Below are positions 39,516 through 49,333 of a stretch of DNA of 64,000 nucleotides, one piece after another. Positions within the stretch are counted from its first letter, which is position 1, and the number at the start of each line of letters is the position of its first letter. A program made the translations under genes and the position numbers. Origin of the DNA: Nitrospinales bacterium (lineage in GTDB: Bacteria > Nitrospinota > Nitrospinia > Nitrospinales > VA-1); contig CBDCWG010000012.1 of NCBI GenBank assembly GCA_965223345.1, forward strand, positions 2,016,001 to 2,080,000. Direction: 5' to 3'. Below the pieces are notes generated by a model. It had not been told where the DNA came from and did no database searches. It saw only the letters and a program-made list of their open reading frames with translations.

Positions 39516-42020
39516 TCAGCGATTCAGCACATCGTTTTTGGTGGAGAGGGCGATCTGGGCCGCCTCCTGAATCAGGTCATTCGGGACATTCAATTCTTTC
39601 AGGGTATTTCCCAGATGCCCGATGACGGCGTCGAAATGGCTGTCGTTCATTCCCTTCGCCACCAGATTCTGATGCGCGGCACGCAGGCTCTTGCCGCTGT
39701 AGTTGGGCGCACCGCCGAAAGCATAGGTCAAAAACGCCCGCTGCTTGTTTCTCTGCCGCGTCATGTCGATCCCGTCGAAGAACGGTTTCAACTGGGGATC
39801 GGCCATGACCTTCTGATAGAACAGGTCCACAGCCGCATCGACCGCCGGCTTGCCGCCTAGGCGCTCAAAAAGGCTTTTTTTTTCCGCCGATCCGCTGGTA
39901 GAAACGTCCACTTTAAACTGGCTGACGATATTCTGCAGCTCGGAAGACATTCTGGCCAACTCTTCTGCTGATTGCTGAGAGTTGTTTGCTCCCTGGGTGG
40001 TGCTCTGAGCGGCCTCGGCGACGCCGGTGATGTTCTGGGCGATCTCCTGGGTGCCCTTGGCGGCTTCGGTGACGTTGCGGCCGATCTCGGCGGTGGTGGC
40101 CGACTGCTCCTCCACCGCGCTGGCGATGGTGTTGGAGATGTCGTTGATCCTGTTGATGACCTCCGTGATCTCTCCAATGGCGTCCACGGATTTTTTTGTG
40201 TCTTCCTGGATGGTTTCGATTTTTCCGCCGATGTCTTCTGTGGCTTTGGCGGTCTGGTTGGCCAGCTCCTTCACCTCGTTGGCCACGACGGCGAATCCTT
40301 TGCCGGCCTCACCGGCGCGCGCGGCTTCGATCGTGGCGTTCAAGGCCAATAGATTGGTTTGTTCCGCGATGGAAGTGATGACTTTGATCACCTGGCCGAT
40401 TTCGACGGAGCTTTCCCCCAGCTTGGTCACTGTGGCGTTGGTGTTTTTCGCGACATCCACGGCGGAGTTGGCCACTTTTGCCGCCTCGTTGGCATTCTGC
40501 GCGATCTCCTTGATGCTGGCGCTCATCTCTTCGGTGCCGGTCGCCACGGTATCGACGTTTTTGCTGACTTCCTCAGAAGCCGCTGCCACTACGTTGGCCT
40601 GGGCGGAGGTTTCTTCGGCGTTTCCGGCCAACTGCTGACTGACGGAGGTCAACTCCTCGGACGATGAAGCCAGCGAGTTGGCGTTGCTGCCGATTTGCGC
40701 GACATTTTCACGTAAATTTTCAAGAAACCTGGATAATCCTTCCCCGATTTGACCCAGGTCGTCCGATCCGGTCACATCCAGTTTCTGGGTCAAATCCCCC
40801 TCGCTTGCTTTGCTGACCACGTTCATTATTTTTGCCACCCGGAGAACCTTTTCCGTCAAATCGCTGGCAAACTTGACGACTTTAAAGGGTTTTCCGCTCA
40901 TATCGAAAATAGGGTTGTAGGTGGCCTGAATCCAGACTTCCTTGCCGTTTTTCCCCAGCCGCTTGTATTCGCCCGAATCGAACTCACCGCGATTGAGCTT
41001 TTCCCAAAATGCTTTGTATTCTGCGCTATTGGCATAGGAGCTTTCGCAGAAGATGCGGTGGTGCTGGCCCTTGATCTCATCGAGGGAGTAACCGACGGTG
41101 TCCAGGAAATTGTCGTTGGCGGTGATGATCGTGCCGTCCATATTGAATGAGATGACCGCCTGGGATTTCCCGATCGCGTCGATCTGGCCCTGAAAATCCG
41201 CGTTCTGGAGTTTCCGCTCCGTGATATCGGTGGCAAACTTGACGACTTTAAAGGGTTTTCCGCTCATATCGAAAATAGGGTTGTAGGTGGCCTGAATCCA
41301 GACTTCCTTGCCGTTTTTCCCCAGCCGCTTGTATTCGCCCGAATCGAACTCACCGCGATTGAGCTTTTCCCAAAATGCTTTGTATTCTGCGCTATTGGCA
41401 TAGGAGCTTTCGCAGAAGATGCGGTGGTGCTGGCCCTTGATCTCATCGAGGGAGTAACCGACTGTGTTTATGAAATTGTCGTTGGCGGTGATGATCGTGC
41501 CATCCATATTGAATGAGATGACCGCCTGGGATTTCCCGATCGCGTCGATCTGGCCTTCCTGCTCGAGGCTCTGAAGTTTTTGCTGAGTGATGTCCTGGGC
41601 GATTTTTATGACCTTGACCACCGCTCCCGATGAATTTTTTACCGGCATGTAAGAAGCACTCAGGTAAATCGGTTCACCGTTTTTTTTTATCCGGTTGAAC
41701 TCCCGGGTCTGGGATTTGCCCATACTCAATTGCGCCCAGAAATCCCGGTACTCCGGGCTGTTGGCGTAGGCACTCTCGCAGAACATCCTGTGGTGCTGGC
41801 CTGCGATTTCATTTAAGGTGTATCCCATTCCTTTGAGAAAATTTTCATTCGCAGTGATGATGGTGCCGTCGGGCTTAAATTCGATGACCGCCAGAGCATT
41901 GTGGATGGCATCGAACTGATTGCGCAGTTCAGCCACTCCATTTTTTCCATTCCTGAAAACTTTGAACAATTTCAAACCACTTGATGTGGATTCAGTTGAG
42001 CTGTAAGTCGTTACTCCCAT
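39516..42020 (-). CDS. Soluble methyl-accepting chemotaxis protein: 3xPAS-HAMP-MCP signal-group I truncated haemoglobin
   Basis: Three PAS/PAC repeats (GQHHR.FC..FW..L..G), [37 protein letters not shown]-terminal [14 protein letters not shown]...Y.G..LRAAH; no TM segment. Confidence 0.9.
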   Translation of the reverse strand: MGVTTYSSTESTSSGLKLFKVFRNGKNGVAELRNQFDAIHNALAVIEFKPDGTIITANENFLKGMGYTLNEIAGQHHRMFCESAYANSPEYRDFWAQLSMGKSQTREFNRIKKNGEPIYLSASYMPVKNSSGAVVKVIKIAQDITQQKLQSLEQEGQIDAIGKSQAVISFNMDGTIITANDNFINTVGYSLDEIKGQHHRIFCESSYANSAEYKAFWEKLNRGEFDSGEYKRLGKNGKEVWIQATYNPIFDMSGKPFKVVKFATDITERKLQNADFQGQIDAIGKSQAVISFNMDGTIITANDNFLDTVGYSLDEIKGQHHRIFCESSYANSAEYKAFWEKLNRGEFDSGEYKRLGKNGKEVWIQATYNPIFDMSGKPFKVVKFASDLTEKVLRVAKIMNVVSKASEGDLTQKLDVTGSDDLGQIGEGLSRFLENLRENVAQIGSNANSLASSSEELTSVSQQLAGNAEETSAQANVVAAASEEVSKNVDTVATGTEEMSASIKEIAQNANEAAKVANSAVDVAKNTNATVTKLGESSVEIGQVIKVITSIAEQTNLLALNATIEAARAGEAGKGFAVVANEVKELANQTAKATEDIGGKIETIQEDTKKSVDAIGEITEVINRINDISNTIASAVEEQSATTAEIGRNVTEAAKGTQEIAQNITGVAEAAQSTTQGANNSQQSAEELARMSSELQNIVSQFKVDVSTSGSAEKKSLFERLGGKPAVDAAVDLFYQKVMADPQLKPFFDGIDMTRQRNKQRAFLTYAFGGAPNYSGKSLRAAHQNLVAKGMNDSHFDAVIGHLGNTLKELNVPNDLIQEAAQIALSTKNDVLNR
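40865..41555. repeat. Near-identical tandem duplication of a PAS-coding unit (period 366 bp)
   Basis: 40865-41189 vs 41231-41555 differ at 5 positions by manual alignment. Confidence 0.92.
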
Positions 42021-42199
42021 GGGTTCTACCTCATGACTTTGAATAGGTGGGGGGGCACTTCTATAAAAACAAGGAATACAATTGTAAATAAAAAGAGGAG
42101 TGCGAAATATCATCACATTGATTTAAATTTTGTAATGATTCCGCCTGATTGAGTCATTTTATTATGACGTTCGGGCCAGCAGGTCTGGAAGAGGGAGGG

Positions 42200-42853
42200 C
42201 TACTGGATCAGATTCTTCTGATAGGCGTATTTCGTCAATTGGCTGTTGTTCTCGAGTTCCAGTTTCACCAGGATGCGGGTTCGATAGGTTCCCACGGTGG
42301 GCACCGCCAGGTTGAGTTCCTCGGCGATGTGGGTGAGCTTCTTTCCGGAAGCGATCATGATGAAGATTTGAAACTCGCGCGGGGACAGTTTCTCATGCGG
42401 CAGGGGGTTGTAGCCTTTTGAGAAAATCGACACCATCTTTTCCGCACTGCTGGGGCTCACGTATTTTCCTCCACCGGCGACCTTGCGGATCGCTTCCACC
42501 AGCTCGCTGTGGACACTGTCTTTGGTGATGTAGCCCATGGCACCGGCCTTGAAAAAATGGATGGCGAAGTCCTCCTCCGGAGACACGCTCAATATGATGA
42601 CCTTGAGGTCGGGATGGTGCCGTTCGATCTCTTCCATCACTTCCCAGCCGGTTTTTCTGGGCATGGTGATGTCCAAGAGCAGGACGTCGATGTCGTGCTC
42701 ATCGATTTTTTCGAGCAGCGTCATCCCGTCTTCGGCCTCCAGCACGAGCTCGAAGTCTTTGTTGTTTGCGATGATTTGCGTCAGGCCCATGCGAATCAAC
42801 TCATGGTCGTCGGCGATGGCGATCTTTATTTTATTCGGCGGTGCGGCAATCAT
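42200..42853 (-). CDS. NarL/UvrY-family response regulator (REC + LuxR HTH)
   Basis: IADDH, LLDITMP, LSPREFQI..IA.G..L..IAEEL.L...TV.TYR.RIL.KL. Confidence 0.92.
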   Translation of the reverse strand: MIAAPPNKIKIAIADDHELIRMGLTQIIANNKDFELVLEAEDGMTLLEKIDEHDIDVLLLDITMPRKTGWEVMEEIERHHPDLKVIILSVSPEEDFAIHFFKAGAMGYITKDSVHSELVEAIRKVAGGGKYVSPSSAEKMVSIFSKGYNPLPHEKLSPREFQIFIMIASGKKLTHIAEELNLAVPTVGTYRTRILVKLELENNSQLTKYAYQKNLIQ

Positions 42854-45800
42854 GGTTTCCTTTCGTCGGAATCAGTACGTTGATGATGGAGCCCGTTCCC
42901 GGTTCGCTCTTGATTTCAACCTGCCCGCCCCATTTGAGGGCGCGTTCCTTCATGCCTAAAATACCCAATGATAAAGACTGCTTAGCGGGTGTTGCGTCGA
43001 AACCACATCCGTTGTCCTGCACGGACAGAATATAATGGTTCGAATTCTTCTCAAAATTAATTTTCACCGCAGTGGCTTGCGCATGGCGGGTCACGTTGGT
43101 CAGGGTTTCCTGAAAAATCCGGAACAGATCGGTTGAGAGACCTTTGTCGCATTCAAATTTTTCAGGGATGACCTGCAGTTCGTATTCGATATCCGTTTGA
43201 TCCTCGAATTTTTGCGCCTGCCACTTGATGGCTTCCGAGATGCCCAGCACATCGAGGATGCCGGGTCTCAGCTCGCTGGAAATCCGCCGCACCCTTGCGA
43301 GGGATTCGTCCAGATGGGAAACCATGGATTCCAGTTTTTTCTCGATCACCTCTCCCGGATCGTCGATCTGCTCTTTGATCCACAACAAATCCAGTTTGCA
43401 ATAGGTCAACACCTGACCCAGCTCATCGTGGATTTCCCGCGCCAGATGCAGTTTTTCTTCTTCACGAATCGATTGCATTTTTTTGTTGAGCTCCCGCAAT
43501 CTTTCACCGGTGATTTCCAGTTCTCGTTTCGTGGCGATGCGGATCAATTCCGCTTCCGCCCTTGCCGCGAAAAGAGACAGGATGAACATGACTTCAGGGG
43601 AATACTCCACCGGCTTGCTGTTCATCACAACCAGGTGGCCGGTGGTCTTGCCCTGTTCGTCGAACAGCGGCACGCCCAGATAGCTTTCAATGCCGCGTTT
43701 CCAAATGGATTTATCGACCCCCTGGAAGTGTTCTTCAAAACGATCGAGATAAAATACCGCGGCGCCTTCAATAACGATCTCACAAGGCGTGCCCTGCAAC
43801 GGGAATTCCTGGTTCGGCACGTTTTCCCCATCGATGTACATGGCGAGAGTCCGGAATGTCTTCGGGATTGAAGAATCGTCCACCAGTGCGAGGAAGGAGT
43901 AATCGAATCCCAGTTTGGAAGCCAGGTGATACACCAGCGATTGAAAGAATTTTTCTCCGGAAGTGGCCGACGAAGTGCCTTCGAGGACTTTGGATATCTG
44001 GTTGTAGAGCAGGCGGAATTTTTCCCGGTTTTTCAGCAGCGCTTCTTCCGCTTGCTTTATTTTCGAGATATCGTGGGTGACGCCGACCAGTTTTTGCGGG
44101 CAGCCATCCGCATCGTAGTGTGTTTTGGATATCTGGTGAACGTGCTTGATGATTCCGTTGGGTAGCAGGATTCGATACTCGATGTCGTGAAACGGTTTGC
44201 CCGAGTGCGATCTGATATTTTCCCGATGCACGTACTTCCTGTCTTGCGGATGCACCCGGCTCATATAATCTGCATAGGTGAGTTCGACCTCTTTGGGTTG
44301 CAATCCGAAAATTCGATACATCTCGTCCGACCAGGATAGCTGTTCCTGCTGCACGTCCCAGGTCCAGTTTCCCATGTGTGCCATTTCCTGAGCCCGGCGC
44401 AGCTCGCTCTCTCTGTTTTCCAGTTCTTTCTGGATTTCGATGCGTGTCAGTTCCGCTTCCGCCCTTGCGCCGAAAAGGGACAGTATGGACATGACTTCCG
44501 GGGAATACGGCATCGGTTTCCGGTCCATGACGACGAGATGAGCAACGGGAAAGCCGTTTTGTCCAAAGATGGGGACGCCAAAATAACTTTTCAGTCCGTG
44601 TTCTTTCAAATAGTGATCGTGGGGGAAATTTTCCTGCAGATCGTCCATGTGGTACACCACAGCCCCCTCGTAGATCAACTCGCAAGGAGTGCCGGGCAAT
44701 GGGTAACACGGAGCTGATGTATTTTCTCCATCCTTGAAAAATGCCAGCGGGTGAACAAAGTTGCGGTTTTTTTTATCCACTCGTCCGATGAAGCATAAAC
44801 TGAACCCGAGTGTGGATGCCAGGTGATACACCAGGGATTGAAAGAAGGTCTCTCCGGAAGTGGCGGACGAAGTGCCCTCCAGGACTTCGGAGATCTGGTT
44901 GTAAAGCAGGCGGAATTTTTCCCGGTTTTCCAGAAGGTCGGCTTCCGCACGTTTTATCTGCGTGATATCGCTGTCGGAGCCAACCATGCGGACCGGTTTG
45001 CCTTCCGCATCTCTTTCCACCACTTTTCCCCGGTCGAGGTTCCATTGCCAGCCGCCCGATTTGGTTTTGAGCCGGTTGACGCACTCATAGCTGTCGGTCC
45101 TGCCCTCAAGATGGGCGTTTAATTTTTCCATCACTTCCGGCAAGTCGTCGCGGTGCAGCCGGCTTTTCCAGGTGTCCACACGACCCGGCAGCTCGCCGGG
45201 TTCGTAACCCAGAAGTTTGAACCACTGGGAACTGTAAAACACCTCTCCGGTGCGGATGTCCCAGTCCCAGACGCCTTCGGAGGTGGCCTCGAACGTCAAT
45301 TGCAGCCGCTCTTCACTTTTGCGCAACTCTTTCAACGTCCTTTGCATTTCCCGGGTTCGTTCCAGAACCAGCGCTTCCAGGTTTTCCTGGTATTTCAGGA
45401 TCTTGTCTTCGGCGGCTTTCCGTTCGGTGATGTCTGTGGATATTCCGCAGATGGCATAGGGTTTGTCATCCGAATCGAACAGGGGAAATTGAACGGAAAG
45501 AAAATCACGGAAGGAACCGTCCCGTTGCATCACGAATTCTTCCACTTCCTGCGGGGCGAGGGATTCCATCACCCTTTTATCGTTGATGACAAATTGATCG
45601 GCGATGGGCTTGGGATAGACGTCGTGCGTGGTTTTCCCGGCAATCGCTTCCTTGGAGAGTCCGGTCAACTCCTCCAGCTTTTTGTTGATGAATGTGTAAC
45701 GGCCGCTCAAGTCCTTGATATAGATGAGCGCCGGAGAGAGATCCAGAATGTTTCGCAGGCGTCTCTCGCTCACAATCAGGTTTGCATTCACCTGCCTGGC

Positions 45801-46829
45801 GTAATTCAACGCTCTTTTGCTTGCAGTGTGTGTCAGCCACAAAACCGCGAAAAACACCAGGCTGACCACGACTCCGGCGATCAGGACGGCGATGGATTTG
45901 TCTTTTTCAATGGTGTTTTCAAACGGCTTTAAGGAACTCAGCTCCAGCGACCACAGGCGGTCGTCGAACTCGATTTTCAGGTTCTTGTGGAACAGGGATG
46001 CGGCGGTGTCGTGCTCCGGATTGCTGTCGTAGAGAAGGGATTTCCCGCCTTTCTCGTCGATATCGAACAGGCGGAAAGCCAGATCGGGAATTTTTCGCGC
46101 TCCCAGCACGCCCTCGAGAAAATCCCGGGTGCGGAAAGGGCTGTAAACGTACCCCAGAAAGGCTGTGCGGCGTTGATCGACCGTGGAGACCGGCATCTCT
46201 TTTTTGTAGGCGGGGATGTAGATGAGAAAGCCTGTCTGGATATCTTCGTCGGTTTCCTGCACCAGGGTCACTCTGCCGGAAAGCGACGGTTTCCCCGTAT
46301 CCCGCGCCCGCATCATGGCCTGCCTGCGGACGGGTTCGGAATACATGTCGTACCCGAACGCACGCAGATTGCGGCCGGAAAAAGGCTCCAGATACAGGAT
46401 GCTGGTGTATTCTTCCCGCGCGCCTTCGGGTTTGATCGTGTATTCGGGAAAACCGCTGATGCGGACTTCGCGGATATGGGCGTCTTTTTCGTTTGCGGGC
46501 ACGGGGATGGCGAAACCGATCCCCTGAATGCCGCGGTAGCGCTCCTCGATATTCAGCGTGTCCACATAGGTTTTGAACGTGTGGCGATCGATTTCGTTGC
46601 GGGATGCTTCGAACAATCCGACCACGCCGCGCAACACCTGCTCATAGGCGGTGAGCCGTTCCATGATTTCGATTTCGATTTCATGGCCGCGAAAGTGAAA
46701 CCGGCCCAGCGCCTCTTCTTTGGCGTCGTTGCTGACGATGAACCAAAGCCCCAGTGTCACGACGAGATCGCAAATCAAAATCGCCCAGCCGATGTACGTG
46801 ATCTGCGGCAGACGCGTATTGAGATTCAT
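42831..46829 (-). CDS. Sensor histidine kinase: CHASE-PAS-PAS-GAF-PAS-GAF-HisKA_3-HATPase
   Basis: TM-CHASE (YLEPF..RN.RAFGYDMYSEPVRR.AM..ARD.G)-TM, PAS repeats, AREIHDELGQ, QETLTNV.RHA, DNG.GF, GILGMKERA; start uncertain (46829-46898). Confidence 0.9.
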   Translation of the reverse strand: MNLNTRLPQITYIGWAILICDLVVTLGLWFIVSNDAKEEALGRFHFRGHEIEIEIMERLTAYEQVLRGVVGLFEASRNEIDRHTFKTYVDTLNIEERYRGIQGIGFAIPVPANEKDAHIREVRISGFPEYTIKPEGAREEYTSILYLEPFSGRNLRAFGYDMYSEPVRRQAMMRARDTGKPSLSGRVTLVQETDEDIQTGFLIYIPAYKKEMPVSTVDQRRTAFLGYVYSPFRTRDFLEGVLGARKIPDLAFRLFDIDEKGGKSLLYDSNPEHDTAASLFHKNLKIEFDDRLWSLELSSLKPFENTIEKDKSIAVLIAGVVVSLVFFAVLWLTHTASKRALNYARQVNANLIVSERRLRNILDLSPALIYIKDLSGRYTFINKKLEELTGLSKEAIAGKTTHDVYPKPIADQFVINDKRVMESLAPQEVEEFVMQRDGSFRDFLSVQFPLFDSDDKPYAICGISTDITERKAAEDKILKYQENLEALVLERTREMQRTLKELRKSEERLQLTFEATSEGVWDWDIRTGEVFYSSQWFKLLGYEPGELPGRVDTWKSRLHRDDLPEVMEKLNAHLEGRTDSYECVNRLKTKSGGWQWNLDRGKVVERDAEGKPVRMVGSDSDITQIKRAEADLLENREKFRLLYNQISEVLEGTSSATSGETFFQSLVYHLASTLGFSLCFIGRVDKKNRNFVHPLAFFKDGENTSAPCYPLPGTPCELIYEGAVVYHMDDLQENFPHDHYLKEHGLKSYFGVPIFGQNGFPVAHLVVMDRKPMPYSPEVMSILSLFGARAEAELTRIEIQKELENRESELRRAQEMAHMGNWTWDVQQEQLSWSDEMYRIFGLQPKEVELTYADYMSRVHPQDRKYVHRENIRSHSGKPFHDIEYRILLPNGIIKHVHQISKTHYDADGCPQKLVGVTHDISKIKQAEEALLKNREKFRLLYNQISKVLEGTSSATSGEKFFQSLVYHLASKLGFDYSFLALVDDSSIPKTFRTLAMYIDGENVPNQEFPLQGTPCEIVIEGAAVFYLDRFEEHFQGVDKSIWKRGIESYLGVPLFDEQGKTTGHLVVMNSKPVEYSPEVMFILSLFAARAEAELIRIATKRELEITGERLRELNKKMQSIREEEKLHLAREIHDELGQVLTYCKLDLLWIKEQIDDPGEVIEKKLESMVSHLDESLARVRRISSELRPGILDVLGISEAIKWQAQKFEDQTDIEYELQVIPEKFECDKGLSTDLFRIFQETLTNVTRHAQATAVKINFEKNSNHYILSVQDNGCGFDATPAKQSLSLGILGMKERALKWGGQVEIKSEPGTGSIINVLIPTKGNHDCRTAE

Positions 46830-47283
46830 GGTGGCTTCGGGTTTGGCTTTGGGGGACATTTGCGGAGGCAAGGTGGAACGTGAATTCCGGTTCTGCATTT
46901 GCCACGATGGGTTGGGGATGAAGCGGGAATCCGGCTTTAAGGAATCCCGTTTCCGGAAGATTCAATGCGAGCCCATAAGGCTCCAAATGAGCGCCCATAG
47001 TACTCGAAAACCCCTATCTTTATCAATACGCTCCCGCCCGGGATCGCGGGTTTTCTCGTCAAAGCCCGGAGTGTGTGATCCTTTTGCTGTATGCAGATCC
47101 TGCTTGTCTGAAATCGTTAATATGCGGTTTTTCAAGTCCTTTGGTTTGAACCTTCACCTTTACATTGGTTTGTTAAGTTATTCTATTGCGTGAAAAATGC
47201 AGGTATTTTATACTGATAGAATAAGCCATTGTAAATAAAAGGGTAATTCCCCAGGTTTTCCTGCGGGGCAGAACCGTTTCACG

Positions 47284-49254
47284 ATGAATTTAGCCCATTC
47301 CAAAGTCAATTTATTCAAAAAGACCGATCTGTTCGAGTCGCTGTCGGAAGCTGCGATCAATCAGGTGATCCAGGGGTGCCGGGAGGTCCTGCTGAAGCCG
47401 GGCCAATGTCTTTTCAGGGAAGGCGACTCCGGCGATTCGATGTACCTCATCTACTCCGGGAAAATCGACATTGAAAAGCAGGGACGGCTGCTGGCAACCC
47501 GGGGACCGGGGGAGTATTTCGGAGAGATGAGCATGATCCAGGCGGATCGTCGGGCGGCTTCCGCCACGGCCGCGGGTGAGGCGCATCTGCTGGAACTGGA
47601 CCGGGAAAATTTTTACTCCAAATGGGCCAACCGGCCTGAGACTTTAAATGCTCTGCTGAAAACGCTGGCGAGCCGCTCCCGCGACGATCTGGACTCCATC
47701 GGGCAGGACCAGCAGAAACTGCAATCGCAGACCAAGCTGAACGCCTGGCTGCGGGATCTGCTCGACAACACGAAAGACGAAATCTACGTGTTCGATCCCA
47801 AATCCTACAGGATCAAAAACGCCAACGCCTGCGCGGAAAGAAACCTGGGTTACGATATCAATGAATTGATCCAGAAGACGCCTTTCGATCTGTTGCGGGA
47901 CTTGACCCAGAAACAATTCGAAACGATGACCGAATCCCTGAGCCTGGAAGGGAACGCTTCCGTCCTCATTGAAGACCACAACCAGAGAAAAGACGGCAGC
48001 TTTTATCCCGTGGAGACCAAGGTGAGGCTGTGGAAATCCGGCAACCACAGCATGTACGTTGCGGTCACACAGGACAAATCGGAAATCGTCAAGCTGGAGC
48101 AGATCCGCGATCAGGCGGTGCAGGCCAACCGGGCCAAATCGGAATTTCTCTCCAAGATGAGCCACGAATTGCGCACGCCCTTGAACGCCATTCTGGGATT
48201 CGGGCAGCTGATGGAATACAGCACCGAAGAGCCTCTGACGCTGGCGCAGCGGGAGTGGCTGCAGGAAATCCTCAAAGCCGGGAACTACCTGCTGGAAATC
48301 ATCAACGAGATCCTCGATCTCGCACAAATTGAGGCGGGAAAGGTTTCGTTGTCTATGGAAGCGTTCGACCTGGTGGAACTGATCCAGGAAGTGCTGCCGC
48401 TCATGTCGCCGCTGGCGCAAAAAAAAGGGGTGCGGATCGAAAATGACACCTTGAAGCTCGGAAGCCTGATGGTCTGGGCCGATCGCACGAAGATGAAACA
48501 GGTTTTCATCAACCTCATCTCCAACGCCATCAAGTACAACCGCGAAAACGGTTCGGTGACTCTCAACGCGCAGCGGAAAGCAAGCGGGCGGATTGGCGTT
48601 TCTGTGACGGACACGGGCGAAGGCATTCCGCCGGAGAAACTGGAGACCCTGTTTCAGGCGTTCAACCGCCTGGGAGCGGAGCACACGCAGATAGAGGGAA
48701 CCGGACTGGGGCTTGTGATCGCCAAACAACTCGTGGAGCGGATGGAAGGCAAGATCGGCGTGGAAAGCACCGTCGGCCAAGGCACCTGTTTCCGCATCGA
48801 GTTGCCTCCTCCCGATCCACATTCGGAGAATGAGGACGCGTCCGACCGGCAGGACGGGGCGGATAAGAAATCGACGGTGTTGTATATCGAGGACAATATC
48901 ACCAATGTGAAACTGGTGCAGCAGCTCTTAAAATCCAACAAAGCGATCCACATGGTCACTGCAGAGGAAGCCACGACCGGGATCGAGATGGCGCGCAGCG
49001 AACGGCCGGATCTCATCCTCATGGACATCAACCTGCCGGGCATGGACGGCGTTTCCGCTCTGAAGAAACTGCGATCCCTGGACGAGACGAAAACGATTCC
49101 CGTCCTCGCCGTGACGGCGAATGTATTGAAGACGGATATCGAAAAGTACCAGAAAGCCGGATTCGAATCTTTCATCGCCAAGCCCATCGAAATGAAATCC
49201 TTCCTGGAAACGGTGCAGCAATACCTGAAACAGAACGGCGCCGCCGCCGTTTGA
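47284..49254 (+). CDS. Hybrid histidine kinase: cNMP-binding-PAS-HisKA-HATPase-REC
   Basis: GEYFGEMS..RRAAS, MSHELRTPLN, NLISNAIKYN, GTGLGL, LMDINLPGMDG. Confidence 0.92.
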   Translation: MNLAHSKVNLFKKTDLFESLSEAAINQVIQGCREVLLKPGQCLFREGDSGDSMYLIYSGKIDIEKQGRLLATRGPGEYFGEMSMIQADRRAASATAAGEAHLLELDRENFYSKWANRPETLNALLKTLASRSRDDLDSIGQDQQKLQSQTKLNAWLRDLLDNTKDEIYVFDPKSYRIKNANACAERNLGYDINELIQKTPFDLLRDLTQKQFETMTESLSLEGNASVLIEDHNQRKDGSFYPVETKVRLWKSGNHSMYVAVTQDKSEIVKLEQIRDQAVQANRAKSEFLSKMSHELRTPLNAILGFGQLMEYSTEEPLTLAQREWLQEILKAGNYLLEIINEILDLAQIEAGKVSLSMEAFDLVELIQEVLPLMSPLAQKKGVRIENDTLKLGSLMVWADRTKMKQVFINLISNAIKYNRENGSVTLNAQRKASGRIGVSVTDTGEGIPPEKLETLFQAFNRLGAEHTQIEGTGLGLVIAKQLVERMEGKIGVESTVGQGTCFRIELPPPDPHSENEDASDRQDGADKKSTVLYIEDNITNVKLVQQLLKSNKAIHMVTAEEATTGIEMARSERPDLILMDINLPGMDGVSALKKLRSLDETKTIPVLAVTANVLKTDIEKYQKAGFESFIAKPIEMKSFLETVQQYLKQNGAAAV

Positions 49255-49333
49255 CCGCAGTCCATCGCAGCATTATTTCCCCTCTGAATCAGAATGAAGC
49301 TGAAAGCCGTTTTCCCGCAGGATCGTCTGTGCG

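Noticed and set aside
42100..42120. CRP-like site TGCGA-N7-TCACA upstream of the chemoreceptor gene
   Set aside because: The spacer is 7 rather than 6 bp and no Crp gene is in the window; too weak to call
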